From Candidatus Aenigmatarchaeota archaeon (GTDB taxonomy: Archaea; Aenigmatarchaeota; Aenigmatarchaeia; Aenigmatarchaeales; Aenigmatarchaeaceae): a stretch of 64,000 bases of DNA. The stretch is taken from positions 1 to 64,000 of the forward strand of contig JBDRJK010000011.1 in assembly GCA_043814985.1 (NCBI GenBank). The letters run 5' to 3'. This document shows, in pieces, positions 1 through 10,217 of this stretch. The first letter of the stretch is position 1; each line of letters begins with the position of its first letter. The translations under genes and the position numbers were made by a program. The notes beneath the pieces were generated by a model. It saw only the letters and a program-made list of their open reading frames with translations, made no database searches and had not been told where the DNA came from.

Positions 1-338
1 GATTGAAAAATGTTATAGGTAAAGCAGTGAGTCAATATTCTAAAAAATTAAGTGTGAAAGCACAGAAAATCTACATCAGAAAACAAAATACTAAATGGGC
101 TAGTTGTTCTAAATCAAGAAATCTGAGCTTTAATATAAGACTATTTTTCTTACCAGAAAAATTAATCAATTATGTTGTTTTTCATGAAATGGTACATCTG
201 AAAGAAAGAAAGCATAATTTCTTTTTTTGGAGTTTGATCGAAAAAGAGTTTAAAGATTATAAGAAAATGGAGAAAAAGCTTTTGAATTATTGGTTTTATT
301 TAACAAAAATAGATAAAGGAGGGGAATATGAGTTATGA
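1..338 (+). CDS. M48/YgjP (DUF45)-family zinc metallopeptidase, probably 5'-truncated by the window edge
   Basis: KWASCS, YVVFHEMVHL (HExxH) and downstream H..F+FW motifs typical of YgjP/DUF45. Confidence 0.85.
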   Translation, partial: LKNVIGKAVSQYSKKLSVKAQKIYIRKQNTKWASCSKSRNLSFNIRLFFLPEKLINYVVFHEMVHLKERKHNFFFWSLIEKEFKDYKKMEKKLLNYWFYLTKIDKGGEYEL

Positions 339-678
339 TAGTCACGCCAAAACATGGGTAACTAGTACAGGGAGTACAGTAACGGTTTTTGCGTTTCCCT
401 ATGGAGATGTAGAAAAAATCGGAGTTGGTGTTGCCGTAAACAATGATTATAAAAGAGAATCGAACTTTAATCCGTTTTCTCTTAAACAATCAGAAAGGGC
501 GATTGATACTATGTTAAAATGTGGTGGCACACCTGAACAGGTTAAAGAACTTGCAGACTTTCTTCATAAAGAACTTAGGGTGGCTGAGGTGAAAGAAGAA
601 AAAGAGACAAATCTTGCTGTAGACAGTGAAAAAGGATTGTCTGCTTCGGTTAAGAAGAAATCTGAGAAAAAGGCTTAA
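328..678 (+). CDS. hypothetical protein
   Basis: 116-aa ORF with GGAGG RBS, overlaps upstream stop. Confidence 0.6.
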   Translation: MSYDSHAKTWVTSTGSTVTVFAFPYGDVEKIGVGVAVNNDYKRESNFNPFSLKQSERAIDTMLKCGGTPEQVKELADFLHKELRVAEVKEEKETNLAVDSEKGLSASVKKKSEKKA

Positions 679-807
679 TTGTTCTCCTGACCGAACCTTT
701 CAGCCCTATTCTCAAGTTGAACTATTTTGGCCAAAAGCTCTATTTCCATAATAAGAAAGGTTTATGTTTGAACATAACATTCTTTGACTACTAGAAGTGG
801 TAAGTGT

Positions 808-1722
808 CTAAATTTTCAGATTTATCATGTCTTTGAGAATTATTATTAGAGCAGTCCAAGCATGGTTTGCTTCTGCCAGACCCATTTCCTTTTCAAAGGG
901 TTCAATATCATGAGCACATATTATTCTATCCATATTATGTACTTCCATTATTTTTTGTAGTAATTTGTCTTCACCAATCTGCTCCCTGTACTTTTTTATC
1001 AACGCTCCCAAAGTATCTCTTTCTCCAACAACTATAACAGGGTTTCTTTTTGAGAAAAATTCCTTAAGAGCATATTCTATAGACCTCGCAAACATCACTA
1101 TGGCCGCATCGAAGGATTCGATATAATAACACTTTAGTCCTTGTTTGATGTAATGTTTCAACCTTTCAGGAATTTTTTCATCATTTTTTATTCTGTTATA
1201 CAACAAAAAGGTTTCGTGTGAATCAACACTTTCCAATGCTTTTTCTGAAACAATCTTGTATCTCCATACAGACTTTCTACTTGTTCCGAAAATAACCTTT
1301 TTTTGTTTTTCCGATAGCTTGACACCTTTCGGAGCCCTTTGTATTTCAAATACCTTGAGTTTGTCAAATTTGTTCAACGTTTCTTTAATACGACCCTTCA
1401 AATCTTCATCAGCTATACTGGCTAAAAGCAGACCGTAGCCAAGTTCATCTCCCAAATCTTCACAAAAGCAGAAAGCCTGGCCAGCTGTTTCATTATAAAA
1501 TCCATCCCTTCTTTCTCTAAGAATCTCTTTAACACCCTTTCCTTCACCTTTTTTGGCTAAGATAGTTTCTATGGCATTTTTGGTTACTCTTGCATCCTTG
1601 TTTAAGGTATCAATAATCCTTCCTTTTGGCCATGCAGAAAGTACTTTTATGTCGAAATTTCTACCAAGTTCTAGAAGTTCCGTTTTATTCAGGTTTTGTA
1701 GGCATTCAATTTTTATGACCAT
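808..1722 (-). CDS. DUF4145 (HEPN-superfamily) domain protein
   Basis: C-terminal AAIVMFARSIE...TLGALI...DRIICAH pattern; short helical N-terminal domain. Confidence 0.6.
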   Translation of the reverse strand: MVIKIECLQNLNKTELLELGRNFDIKVLSAWPKGRIIDTLNKDARVTKNAIETILAKKGEGKGVKEILRERRDGFYNETAGQAFCFCEDLGDELGYGLLLASIADEDLKGRIKETLNKFDKLKVFEIQRAPKGVKLSEKQKKVIFGTSRKSVWRYKIVSEKALESVDSHETFLLYNRIKNDEKIPERLKHYIKQGLKCYYIESFDAAIVMFARSIEYALKEFFSKRNPVIVVGERDTLGALIKKYREQIGEDKLLQKIMEVHNMDRIICAHDIEPFEKEMGLAEANHAWTALIIILKDMINLKI

Positions 1723-1928
1723 TTATGTATTCTTAATGTTTTAAACGATTTAAGCCTTTATTTTTGCGTTTTAGTTATAATTTTGTGAATTATGGCAAAC
1801 TTTATATAATTCTGTGATATATCCATAATAGCGGCTTGGAAGTAAGCTATAAATAATTTAAACCGTGTCATTTTAATACAAATACGCGAACATATAGGAT
1901 ATTATATCCATAAAATAAGTGTGATGTC

Positions 1929-2276
1929 ATGAAGTGCAAAGTGTTAAACGAAAAGGAAAACCCAATGCTCAAGAGGAAAGAGATAATGGTATCCTTGGAT
2001 TATGATGGCGGCTCCACTACAAGCAAGGCAGACCTGCAAAAGCTCTTGTCAGAGCAGCTGAATGCGAGTATAGAGAGTGTTGAAATCAGTAAGATACTGT
2101 CTGAGACTGGCAGGACCGGTGGCAAGGCCTGGGTGAAGGTATGGCAGGAGAAGAAAGTCCCTATCTATTCTGAGACAAAGAAAAAGGGAGAAAAGACTGA
2201 GGAAAAGCCACAAGAGAAACCAAAGGAAGAAGTGAAGAAAGAAGAGCCTAAACCTGAAGAAAAGAAAGGTGAGTGA
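1929..2276 (+). CDS. rps24e: 30S ribosomal protein S24e with K/E-rich tail
   Basis: ENPMLKRKE motif; adjacent to S27ae. Confidence 0.92.
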   Translation: MKCKVLNEKENPMLKRKEIMVSLDYDGGSTTSKADLQKLLSEQLNASIESVEISKILSETGRTGGKAWVKVWQEKKVPIYSETKKKGEKTEEKPQEKPKEEVKKEEPKPEEKKGE

Positions 2277-2278
2277 TA

Positions 2279-2494
2279 GTGGGTAAGAAAAAGAGGTCAA
2301 GGGAAAAGAAAGGCAAGAAGCCTATTAGCAAGAGCAAGCACAACAAGTCCCAAGTATGGAAGAATTACAAGGATGGCAAGGCTCAAGGGAAGTGGTGCCC
2401 GAGATGCGGTCCAGGAGTTTTTCTAGCCACTCATAAGGGTAGAGTCACCTGTGGTAGATGCAAGTATTCTGAAATTGAAATTGCAAAGAAATAG
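2279..2494 (+). CDS. rps27ae: 30S ribosomal protein S27ae
   Basis: [13 protein letters not shown]...CGRC zinc ribbon; GTG start after GGTGA. Confidence 0.95.
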   Translation: MGKKKRSREKKGKKPISKSKHNKSQVWKNYKDGKAQGKWCPRCGPGVFLATHKGRVTCGRCKYSEIEIAKK

Positions 2495-2531
2495 AAATTA
2501 GATAAAATTCTTAAAAAAAGAAAATAAAAAA

Positions 2532-2813
2532 TTATCTCCTTCTAGATTTTCTCTTAGGTTTTCTTCTAGATATACTTGTTGTTCTTCTAGACCTGCTCTT
2601 AGTCCTGCTTCTTGATGTTCTGCCAGGTCTTTTTTTTGGCTTCTCATCAAAACCATAATATGATTTTAAGACGCCTGTAAATACCCATATAACTATTGCC
2701 GTGATTAGGCCGTGCATGAGATCATAAAGACTTGTGAATAGACCAATTAAAAGAATTACAATACCGATTGCTTCCAACAACTTTACTGTAAGAAATTTCT
2801 CTTTTGGTTTCAT
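2532..2813 (-). CDS. small two-TM membrane protein with Arg/Ser/Lys-rich tail
   Basis: two hydrophobic stretches, very basic C-terminus. Confidence 0.65.
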   Translation of the reverse strand: MKPKEKFLTVKLLEAIGIVILLIGLFTSLYDLMHGLITAIVIWVFTGVLKSYYGFDEKPKKRPGRTSRSRTKSRSRRTTSISRRKPKRKSRRR

Positions 2814-2889
2814 TCAATTTACCTCCTTTACTATAATATATTTATTAAACCTCTATTATTTAAAAAATTTGAATTTTATCTATATAACT

Positions 2890-3858
2890 ATGATTTGCTT
2901 AGGTATTGAGTCGACTGCACACACATTCGGTGTGGGAATTGTTAAAGATAAGGAAATTCTTTCAAATGAGAAGTCAGTCTACTATCCCAAGAAGGGTTCT
3001 GGTATAATTCCAAGGGACGCTGCGCAGCATCATTCTGAGAATGCTTTTGATATTTTGAAAAATGCTCTGGAAAAAGCAAAATTGAAAATGGACGACATTG
3101 ATATTATTGCCTTTTCCCAAGGGCCGGGATTGCCGCAATGCTTGAGAATAGGGGCAGTTGCTGCCAGAGTTTTGGCATTAAAATACAACAAGCCGTTAGT
3201 TGGAGTTAACCATTGTGTTGCGCATATTGAGGTTGGGAAAATATGCACCAGCTCAAAGGATCCTGTAGTCCTGTATCTTTCTGGCGGGAACACCCAGGTG
3301 ATAGCCTTTGCAGGGGGGAGGTACAGGGTTTTCGGGGAGACGCAGGATGTTCCCATTGGCAATGCTTTGGACATGATTGCCAGGAGCATGATGCTGCCAA
3401 TGCCTGGGGGCCTCTACATAGAAAAGCTAGCCAAGGAAGGCAAGTATGTTGAACTTTCTTATGTTGTCAAGGGAATGGACTTGTCATTCTCAGGCCTTGC
3501 TACAGAATCAATAAAAAGGTACAAGCAGGGTGCCAAGAAAGAGGACATAGCATATTCATTCGAGGAGACATGCTTTGCCATGTTGACTGAAGTCACTGAG
3601 AGGGCAATGGCTCACACTGACAAAGAAGAAGTCCTGTTGGTTGGCGGTGTTGCTGCGAACAAGAGACTGCAGAAAATGATCAAAACAATGTGCGACGAGC
3701 GCGGGGCGAAGTTCTTTGTCGTACCAAATGAGTATTCTGGGGACAATGGTTCCATGATAGCTGTTACAGGAATTCTCCATAACAAGCCTATATTAACAGA
3801 GCAAAGCAGCATCATGCAGAAGTGGAGAGTTGACGAAGTGGATATAGAGTTTAAATAA
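2890..3858 (+). CDS. kae1: KEOPS t6A threonylcarbamoyltransferase Kae1 (not fused to Bud32)
   Basis: LGIESTAHT, GPG, VNHCVAHIE, SGGNTQ, DNGSMIA; ATG at 2890. Confidence 0.96.
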   Translation: MICLGIESTAHTFGVGIVKDKEILSNEKSVYYPKKGSGIIPRDAAQHHSENAFDILKNALEKAKLKMDDIDIIAFSQGPGLPQCLRIGAVAARVLALKYNKPLVGVNHCVAHIEVGKICTSSKDPVVLYLSGGNTQVIAFAGGRYRVFGETQDVPIGNALDMIARSMMLPMPGGLYIEKLAKEGKYVELSYVVKGMDLSFSGLATESIKRYKQGAKKEDIAYSFEETCFAMLTEVTERAMAHTDKEEVLLVGGVAANKRLQKMIKTMCDERGAKFFVVPNEYSGDNGSMIAVTGILHNKPILTEQSSIMQKWRVDEVDIEFK

Positions 3859-3878
3859 TTTTTCATTGCAATATTCTT

Positions 3879-4508
3879 ATGGTTTCAAAAGCTGTAGAAT
3901 ATACTAAGTCCTTGGTAAAGGCTGTAGAGAGCAGTAATTATAATGGTACAGTTGAATCAATGGGAAAAATATGCGAAGAAGTTCTAGGATATAAGAAAAT
4001 TGCTGAATCCTCTTTCTCAGAAGATGGCGATTCTTTTGATTTGGATGGTGATTCCGCTTTTGATCTTCTATCGGATTTATGTGTTTCAAAGGAAATGATG
4101 TGTAGAGTAAAAGAAGAGATAATAGAAAGAATAAAATATGATACCAGGTTTTTTCACTATGGTACAGGATTATCACATCATTATGAAGGCATTGTAAATG
4201 TTTTGTACTTCAAGACGGAACAGAGTCTTCAAAGATCACGAGATTCTCCAAATCTTCCATTAGGTAGTCAGACGATAGTAACGCATAATAAGAAATTGGC
4301 ATATGATGAACCATATTTTTTTTCAGACGGATACGTCATGGATGAAACACCAATTCTTTTTAGTATGTACGGTAATAAATGGTTTGGAAAGGGAGAATTA
4401 GATTGTGTTCCTCAAGAATTAAAACCTCTTATTAAATTACCAGACGAAATCAATATAGTAGACAATCTAACACTTAATGAGTTCGTTGATGCTGTCAGAC
4501 AATTCTAA
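3879..4508 (+). CDS. hypothetical protein
   Basis: 209-aa ORF, no recognised motif. Confidence 0.6.
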   Translation: MVSKAVEYTKSLVKAVESSNYNGTVESMGKICEEVLGYKKIAESSFSEDGDSFDLDGDSAFDLLSDLCVSKEMMCRVKEEIIERIKYDTRFFHYGTGLSHHYEGIVNVLYFKTEQSLQRSRDSPNLPLGSQTIVTHNKKLAYDEPYFFSDGYVMDETPILFSMYGNKWFGKGELDCVPQELKPLIKLPDEINIVDNLTLNEFVDAVRQF

Positions 4509-4878
4509 TTATCTTTTTTAATTCCTTCTTGTCGTCCAGCAATCTCTTGTACTCGTCAAAGTTTCTTATAGCTCTTAAAAATATAATTCTCATGTTCTTG
4601 TCTATGCAGTAGAGTATGTGCAGGTTCTCCTTCCTTGCCCTGAATATTAGAATTCCTTCAATGTTATCCTCGAACTTGTGGAGCTCGTGGAACTCTGCGT
4701 GGGAGCAGTCGAGAACATCCTTTATTATGGAGTTTAATTCATCCTCGTTCTTGATGTCCCTCTCGAAGTGCTTAGAAATTATTACATCCTTTATGTGAGG
4801 CCTTATCTTTGCGAAGTGGCTGCTGCAGCTGTTGCAGAAGTCCTTTTCTATCTTGCAAGCATTCTCAACCTTTACCAT
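4495..4878 (-). CDS. hypothetical protein, possible RelE/ParE-like fold
   Basis: IISKHFERDIK and IFRAR...HILYCID...IIFLRA pattern; N-terminal Cys cluster. Confidence 0.5.
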   Translation of the reverse strand: MVKVENACKIEKDFCNSCSSHFAKIRPHIKDVIISKHFERDIKNEDELNSIIKDVLDCSHAEFHELHKFEDNIEGILIFRARKENLHILYCIDKNMRIIFLRAIRNFDEYKRLLDDKKELKKIIRIV

Positions 4879-4942
4879 GAACTGATTATGGTTTTGGATT
4901 TTAAAAAAGGGATTTAAATCTTTACCCTATTATTCTAATAAC

Positions 4943-5320
4943 ATGGTTGGTGGACTTTGGTTCGCAGCAAGGCAAAGGGACAAGCTTGTTTACAGCATAA
5001 TTGATGAAATTCTTAAAAACAACACAGGCAGTGAAAACGTTAGAAGGGCTATAAGCGAGATAAGGGCTAGAAGAATACAGGACTATGACAAAAGATTGGA
5101 TGTTGTAAGAAGGGACGTTCTGAGAAGAAAAGTTTACCTCATACTCAACACCAAGACAGGAAACGATTACCTCAAAAACAGCAAAGTGCTTGCACAGGAC
5201 AGTGGTTTGAAGGAAGAAGTCATGGAACAATTCTTTGATTATATGAAAGAGAAGACAGCCGAGCCAGGATTTTCAGTTTCAAGAATATATGATGATATTT
5301 TTCCTAACTCAAGACGCTAG
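4943..5320 (+). CDS. hypothetical protein
   Basis: 125-aa ORF with upstream TTTAAA box. Confidence 0.55.
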   Translation: MVGGLWFAARQRDKLVYSIIDEILKNNTGSENVRRAISEIRARRIQDYDKRLDVVRRDVLRRKVYLILNTKTGNDYLKNSKVLAQDSGLKEEVMEQFFDYMKEKTAEPGFSVSRIYDDIFPNSRR

Positions 5321-5573
5321 CTTTATCCATTTCAATGTTCGATAACCGTATTTCTACAACAGGGATAATAATAAAAAGGATATCCCTAAATAAGGGAAAT
5401 GGAATGGGAAAAAATGAAAATGTTGATGGAGCATTTTGAGACCTTTCCTGAAGCATTGATTCATAAAGAATTGAACTCCCTTTATTCTTTGCGTTAGTTC
5501 ACATTACGGATAAACTACAATAACATACTTAAATTTTTAATATTTCAACTATTTGATAACTTAATGTGATGCA

Positions 5574-6398
5574 ATGGAGAAAATAATTTTTGGGGGAAGA
5601 GGCTCGAAAAATGATCCTGTTCTTGAGGGACTATACAATAAGGAAGAGTTGAGCAAAAATGGGATAAAGGTAACTGATCCGACTCGTATAGAATCCTGTC
5701 ATGGATGCCCTGACATAGTTGAACATTACAGCAAGGAAACACAATATTTTGCTAACAATGATGACAGAGTAGTTGGGGTTCTTATAGGAGGCCTTTCTTT
5801 TGCATTGCCCGGCATACAGGGGACACATGTCACTTATCCCATAATATCTGTGCCATTAGACATGGTTGCTTATCAGAATTTTATGCTTCCTTCAGGTCAT
5901 GCTGTAACTTCTACGGTGGGTATTGAAAGAAAATTAGAAAATGGGTACACGACAACCCAAAGAAAAAAAGCTCTCACCATTGCAGAGAACATCCTTAATC
6001 TTGACACATATCCTGTGGCAATCAGAGGAGACGGGGACTTAGAAAAATTGGAAAAGGAGTTGGATGAAATTGGTATAGTGGTTGATGATGATAGTGATCT
6101 TATACTTTCATATGGTTCCAAGCCTCTGACCGATGTAGACGAGAAATGCATTCAGATTTGGGCAGATACACAATCTAGTTCGATGAGTGGGTCATATATG
6201 GATGATACAGAAAGATTTTTGGCAAGAACTCCAAACACTGTTCAGGTTAGGGGACTAAAGAATCTTGAGATATATGCTGCAAAAATTCTTTCTTTGAATG
6301 ATCCTGAAATGAGAGAAGCCATTAAAAAAATTGGTGAGAATAAGAGAAAGGACTATAATGTTAGAAGCATTATAGATGAGATATTTACTCGTGATTGA
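5574..6398 (+). CDS. purE: divergent, extended PurE-like (AIR carboxylase/N5-CAIR mutase family) protein
   Basis: GSKND, SCHGCPD, ALPG, YPIISVP, MLPSG resemble PurE motifs; directly upstream of purC-purB. Confidence 0.65.
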   Translation: MEKIIFGGRGSKNDPVLEGLYNKEELSKNGIKVTDPTRIESCHGCPDIVEHYSKETQYFANNDDRVVGVLIGGLSFALPGIQGTHVTYPIISVPLDMVAYQNFMLPSGHAVTSTVGIERKLENGYTTTQRKKALTIAENILNLDTYPVAIRGDGDLEKLEKELDEIGIVVDDDSDLILSYGSKPLTDVDEKCIQIWADTQSSSMSGSYMDDTERFLARTPNTVQVRGLKNLEIYAAKILSLNDPEMREAIKKIGENKRKDYNVRSIIDEIFTRD

Positions 6399-7505
6399 AT
6401 GGGAAGCGTAAAAGATTTACAAGTTTTAGAAACCCCTAAAGAATACCGTAGCGGTGTGGGTACTTTCAAATTTTCTAACAGATATAGTGTTTTTGACTGG
6501 GGTGAGATGCCCGATTTAATAGAAAACAAAGGAAGGGCACTTGCCACAATGGCTGCTTTTAATTTTGAATTAATAAATGAAGAAGAAGATTTATGGACGC
6601 ATTATGTTGGGTTGCTTAGAGGTGAAGATGATATAGTAAAATTTTCTGATTTAGAAAATGGAAGCAATGGTTTAGATACGATGGTAGTTGATTTGGGCGT
6701 TAAGTACATGCCAGATCCCATAAAGGAAGGTGATGATGTTGTCGGTTATGATTATTCTTTTTACAGTAGAAGAAGAGGTGCAATTAACAACTATTTGATA
6801 CCTCTTGAAGTGATATTCAGGAGAGCCTTGCCTGAGGGAAGTTCTGTGTTCAGAAAAATAGAAAAAGCTAAGAAAAATGAAAATCTAGATGAGAGAGAAC
6901 AAGAGCTACAAAAAATATATGATTCATTGGGGGTTAAGTCAGAACCAAAACCCGGGGATTCCCTTCCAAGAACTGTTGTAGGTTATACGACTAAGCTTGA
7001 ACCTGGGGACAGAAATCTAACAAATGAAGAAGCATATAAAATTTCTGGTTTAACTAAAAAAGACTTTAGAAAAATAGAAGAGACGACTTTAGCTGTAGAA
7101 GAAATAATAACAAAGCAGGCTGAAAAGACAGGGTTCACTCATTATGATGGTAAAATTGAGTTTGTTTGGAATAATGGTATGAAAGTACCTTTTGTTGTTG
7201 ATGTTGTTGGGACTCTTGATGAAAACAGGTTTGGTTTTAATGGAGAGCAAGTCAGCAAGCAGTTCTTGAGGAAAATATATCAAACTACACAGCCTGATTT
7301 CGAGGAAGCTTGTATTGAATGGAAGAAGACTGGACCTGGGTGGCAAGAAAGATGTCCTGTAAAACCAAAGCCACTTGATCCTAAAGTAATAAAGCTCACT
7401 TCACAGATGTACATGGCTGCGACAAACCAGTATGTGGGTAGGAACATATTTGCTGATGTTCCTCCTTTGGAAGAAGTAATGGACAAATTAAAAGCTTTCA
7501 GGTGA
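6399..7505 (+). CDS. purC: SAICAR synthetase
   Basis: MGSVKD, YSVFDWG, IPLEVIFR, TTKLE, DGKIEF, DVVGTLDENRF, SKQFLR. Confidence 0.95.
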   Translation: MGSVKDLQVLETPKEYRSGVGTFKFSNRYSVFDWGEMPDLIENKGRALATMAAFNFELINEEEDLWTHYVGLLRGEDDIVKFSDLENGSNGLDTMVVDLGVKYMPDPIKEGDDVVGYDYSFYSRRRGAINNYLIPLEVIFRRALPEGSSVFRKIEKAKKNENLDEREQELQKIYDSLGVKSEPKPGDSLPRTVVGYTTKLEPGDRNLTNEEAYKISGLTKKDFRKIEETTLAVEEIITKQAEKTGFTHYDGKIEFVWNNGMKVPFVVDVVGTLDENRFGFNGEQVSKQFLRKIYQTTQPDFEEACIEWKKTGPGWQERCPVKPKPLDPKVIKLTSQMYMAATNQYVGRNIFADVPPLEEVMDKLKAFR

Positions 7506-7509
7506 TTCT

Positions 7510-8949
7510 ATGGTGGAAAAAAGCAGGACAACATACGTATGTCCATTAGGTTCTAGGTATGCAAAAAAAATGGGTTATATTTTTTCTGATGAGTTCAAAC
7601 ATCGGAGATGGAGAAAATGCTGGCATGCTCTTGCAGAATCTCAATATGAATTAGGAATAGGCGGTGTTACAAAAAAACAAGTTGATCAAATGAAAAGTCA
7701 TTTGCTTGATATCAATTATACTGTTGCTGAAGCCATAGAAAAGGAAAAGAGGCATGATGTCATGGCTTATCTTCTTGCATATGCGCAACAGTGCCCAGAT
7801 GCAGCACCGATAATGCATCTAGGGGCAACATCATGCCTTGTAGCTGACAATACCGAGTTGATGCAGATGCATGCCGCAAAAAATATGATAAAAAGAAAAT
7901 TAGTCAATACAATTTCAAATGTCAGAGACTTTTCAATAAAATATAAGGATCTTCCCATATTGGGCTTTACTCACTTTCAGCCTGCCCAACCAACCACATT
8001 GGGAAAGAGAGCCGCCACTTGGTGCCAAGATTTAGTTTTGGATTACAGAGAAATATGTAATCTTGAAGAGCTTACTATGCTAAGGGGAGCCAAGGGAACT
8101 ACAGGAACTCAGGCAAGTTATTTTGAATTGGCAGATGGAGATGAGAAAAAAGTCAAGGAGTTGAATCAGAAATTTGTAGAAAAACTGGGATATAAGACAG
8201 ACTTTCCCATTACTACACAGACATATCCTAGGAAATATGATAGCATTGCTTTGAATGTTCTGGCCGGTATAGGAGAGTCAGCGCATAAGGCAGGGTTGGA
8301 CATAAGGTTATTGCAGAACAGGAGAGAGATGGAAGAGTCTTTTGGAAAAGATCAAGTTGGAAGCTCTACAATGATGTATAAGAGAAACCCAATGAAGTCA
8401 GAGAGAATGTGTGGTTTGTCAAGAGAGGTGATAGCCAATTCTATAAAACCGAGGATGACGGAGATGACACAAATTCTTGAAAGAAGCTTGGATGATTCTT
8501 CTCCTAGGAGGATATATATTCCTGAATCATTTATGGCTGCGGACGAAGTCCTTAATCTTTACATGAACATAATGGAAGAACCCGTTGTATATCCAAAGGT
8601 TATTGCAAGGAATCTTAATGAGATGATGCCCTTTATTGCAACGGAAAACATTTTAATGGCTGCCGTTAAGAGGGGAGGAAACAGACAGGAGCTACATGAA
8701 ATAATGAGACAGCATTCACAAGAGGCTTCAAGAAGAATAAAGAAAGAAGGAAAGAGCAATGAACTGTTGGAAATGTTGGCAAAAGATCCTAAAATAGGAA
8801 TGACATTAGAGGAAATAAAGAGTACTATTGATGTTAAAGAATATATTGGTAGAGCACCCCAACTTACTGAGGATTATATGAAAGAAGTTAAAGAATTATT
8901 GGATTATGAAGAAAGTTTGTTAGGTTTAAAGTCTAAAGTTGAAGTTTAG
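7510..8949 (+). CDS. purB: adenylosuccinate lyase
   Basis: RHDVMA, HLGATS, THFQPAQPTT, GSSTMMYKRNP signature. Confidence 0.96.
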   Translation: MVEKSRTTYVCPLGSRYAKKMGYIFSDEFKHRRWRKCWHALAESQYELGIGGVTKKQVDQMKSHLLDINYTVAEAIEKEKRHDVMAYLLAYAQQCPDAAPIMHLGATSCLVADNTELMQMHAAKNMIKRKLVNTISNVRDFSIKYKDLPILGFTHFQPAQPTTLGKRAATWCQDLVLDYREICNLEELTMLRGAKGTTGTQASYFELADGDEKKVKELNQKFVEKLGYKTDFPITTQTYPRKYDSIALNVLAGIGESAHKAGLDIRLLQNRREMEESFGKDQVGSSTMMYKRNPMKSERMCGLSREVIANSIKPRMTEMTQILERSLDDSSPRRIYIPESFMAADEVLNLYMNIMEEPVVYPKVIARNLNEMMPFIATENILMAAVKRGGNRQELHEIMRQHSQEASRRIKKEGKSNELLEMLAKDPKIGMTLEEIKSTIDVKEYIGRAPQLTEDYMKEVKELLDYEESLLGLKSKVEV

Positions 8950-8960
8950 AATTTCTAAAA

Positions 8961-10025
8961 CTAAGGATTATTATACCAGCACAAATAGTAAGGATTTCCT
9001 GAAGTACTTAATTGAACTGTGTAAACACAAGGACTTGGAACACTTCTTCCATAAGTTGATTGGCATACACCGTCAGTTTCTGCAGTGTATTGATCCCATA
9101 AGGCTTGGTTCTCGTTGTATCCTTTATGTGCTTGGTAAGCAGTGTCAAAACAGTCATCTGGTCTTCCCTCACCTGATGGCACTGTTACAGGTTCTTTGGG
9201 AGCACACCAGTTCAATGGAGGAGCCTGGTTTCCCCTTTGCCTGTCATTATCAAAAGCGCACCTCTGCGGTATTATGTGCGCTGGAGTTGTCTCACATGGA
9301 TGAGTGCATATGATTATTCCGTTCTCGTCGCATTTCTCTGCCACTGCCCAAGCTGAACTCATAACAGTTCTGCAGAAAGCGTCTGCTGCCTCGTTTATGG
9401 CAGCGCCTGGCGTTTCATAAGGACAGGAAACATGCTTCTTGTTCGAGCCCGGGAAAGGAATCTGATAGAAGTCGCAAGCCCACTTGCCAGGATAAGGACC
9501 TATTGTAACATTCTTGATAGTTACAGTAGTCCCACTGAATAATGAACCTAAGCTTGCAAAGAACTTTGAGATGATTTCCCATATTGACTTGAAAAAGTTC
9601 TGGAATCCTGTGAACCACGACCTCCCGGAGCACTCAACATACATCTCTCTATATAATCCGCCTATAGGTGTTGCACAATCAACACCTGCAGAACATTCAG
9701 GGCAGATGTGGCATGTGTTGGATTTGGTTGCGCATATGCCTGACTGAGGAGTTCCGTCGCAGTAGACGCCTGATATGTCGCCGTCAAGGCTTGATGTTGT
9801 TGCAGCGTCAGAATGGAAGTTCTTGCACACAACAGTAGTTTGTGCAGTGTAGCCAACACAATCCATTCCTAATTTCTCGCATACCTCGTCGCCAGTGTCC
9901 TCTGTCGGGTCTGTTGATGTTACAATGTAATAATCCTTACTATTGTAGTTGAATGCCTCGGAAACAGCAAATACTACTGTGGACAATAGAATAATCATGA
10001 CGAATAAAGACAATAATTTTCTCAT
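8961..10025 (-). CDS. secreted cysteine-rich protein
   Basis: signal peptide; 22 Cys. Confidence 0.75.
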   Translation of the reverse strand: MRKLLSLFVMIILLSTVVFAVSEAFNYNSKDYYIVTSTDPTEDTGDEVCEKLGMDCVGYTAQTTVVCKNFHSDAATTSSLDGDISGVYCDGTPQSGICATKSNTCHICPECSAGVDCATPIGGLYREMYVECSGRSWFTGFQNFFKSIWEIISKFFASLGSLFSGTTVTIKNVTIGPYPGKWACDFYQIPFPGSNKKHVSCPYETPGAAINEAADAFCRTVMSSAWAVAEKCDENGIIICTHPCETTPAHIIPQRCAFDNDRQRGNQAPPLNWCAPKEPVTVPSGEGRPDDCFDTAYQAHKGYNENQALWDQYTAETDGVCQSTYGRSVPSPCVYTVQLSTSGNPYYLCWYNNP

Positions 10026-10088
10026 GTTAGAACCTATAAAATAAGAGATATTTTAAACATTTAAACATTGGCATTTAATATAATTAAT

Positions 10089-10199
10089 ATGGCTAAGAAA
10101 AAGAACTTGTGGTGGGAAGTCTTCAAATTAATCTATCTAAGTCCCATAAAAGATTTTTTTAATGAATTGAGAGAATCTCCGGAAAGTGAAGAAGCTTAG
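10089..10199 (+). CDS. possible small protein (MAKKKNLWWEVFKLIYLSPIKDFFNELRESPESEEA)
   Basis: 36-aa ORF filling the intergenic gap, AT-rich TATA-like upstream. Confidence 0.35.
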   Translation: MAKKKNLWWEVFKLIYLSPIKDFFNELRESPESEEA

Positions 10200-10217
10200 A
10201 TTCTGAGTTTGTGTTTA

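Noticed and set aside
675..749. 24-aa minus-strand ORF MEIELLAKIVQLENRAERFGQENN
   Set aside because: Too short, and no recognisable parent gene in the window.
5321..5573. Purine riboswitch or small gene upstream of the pur cluster
   Set aside because: No convincing aptamer structure or supported ORF was seen.
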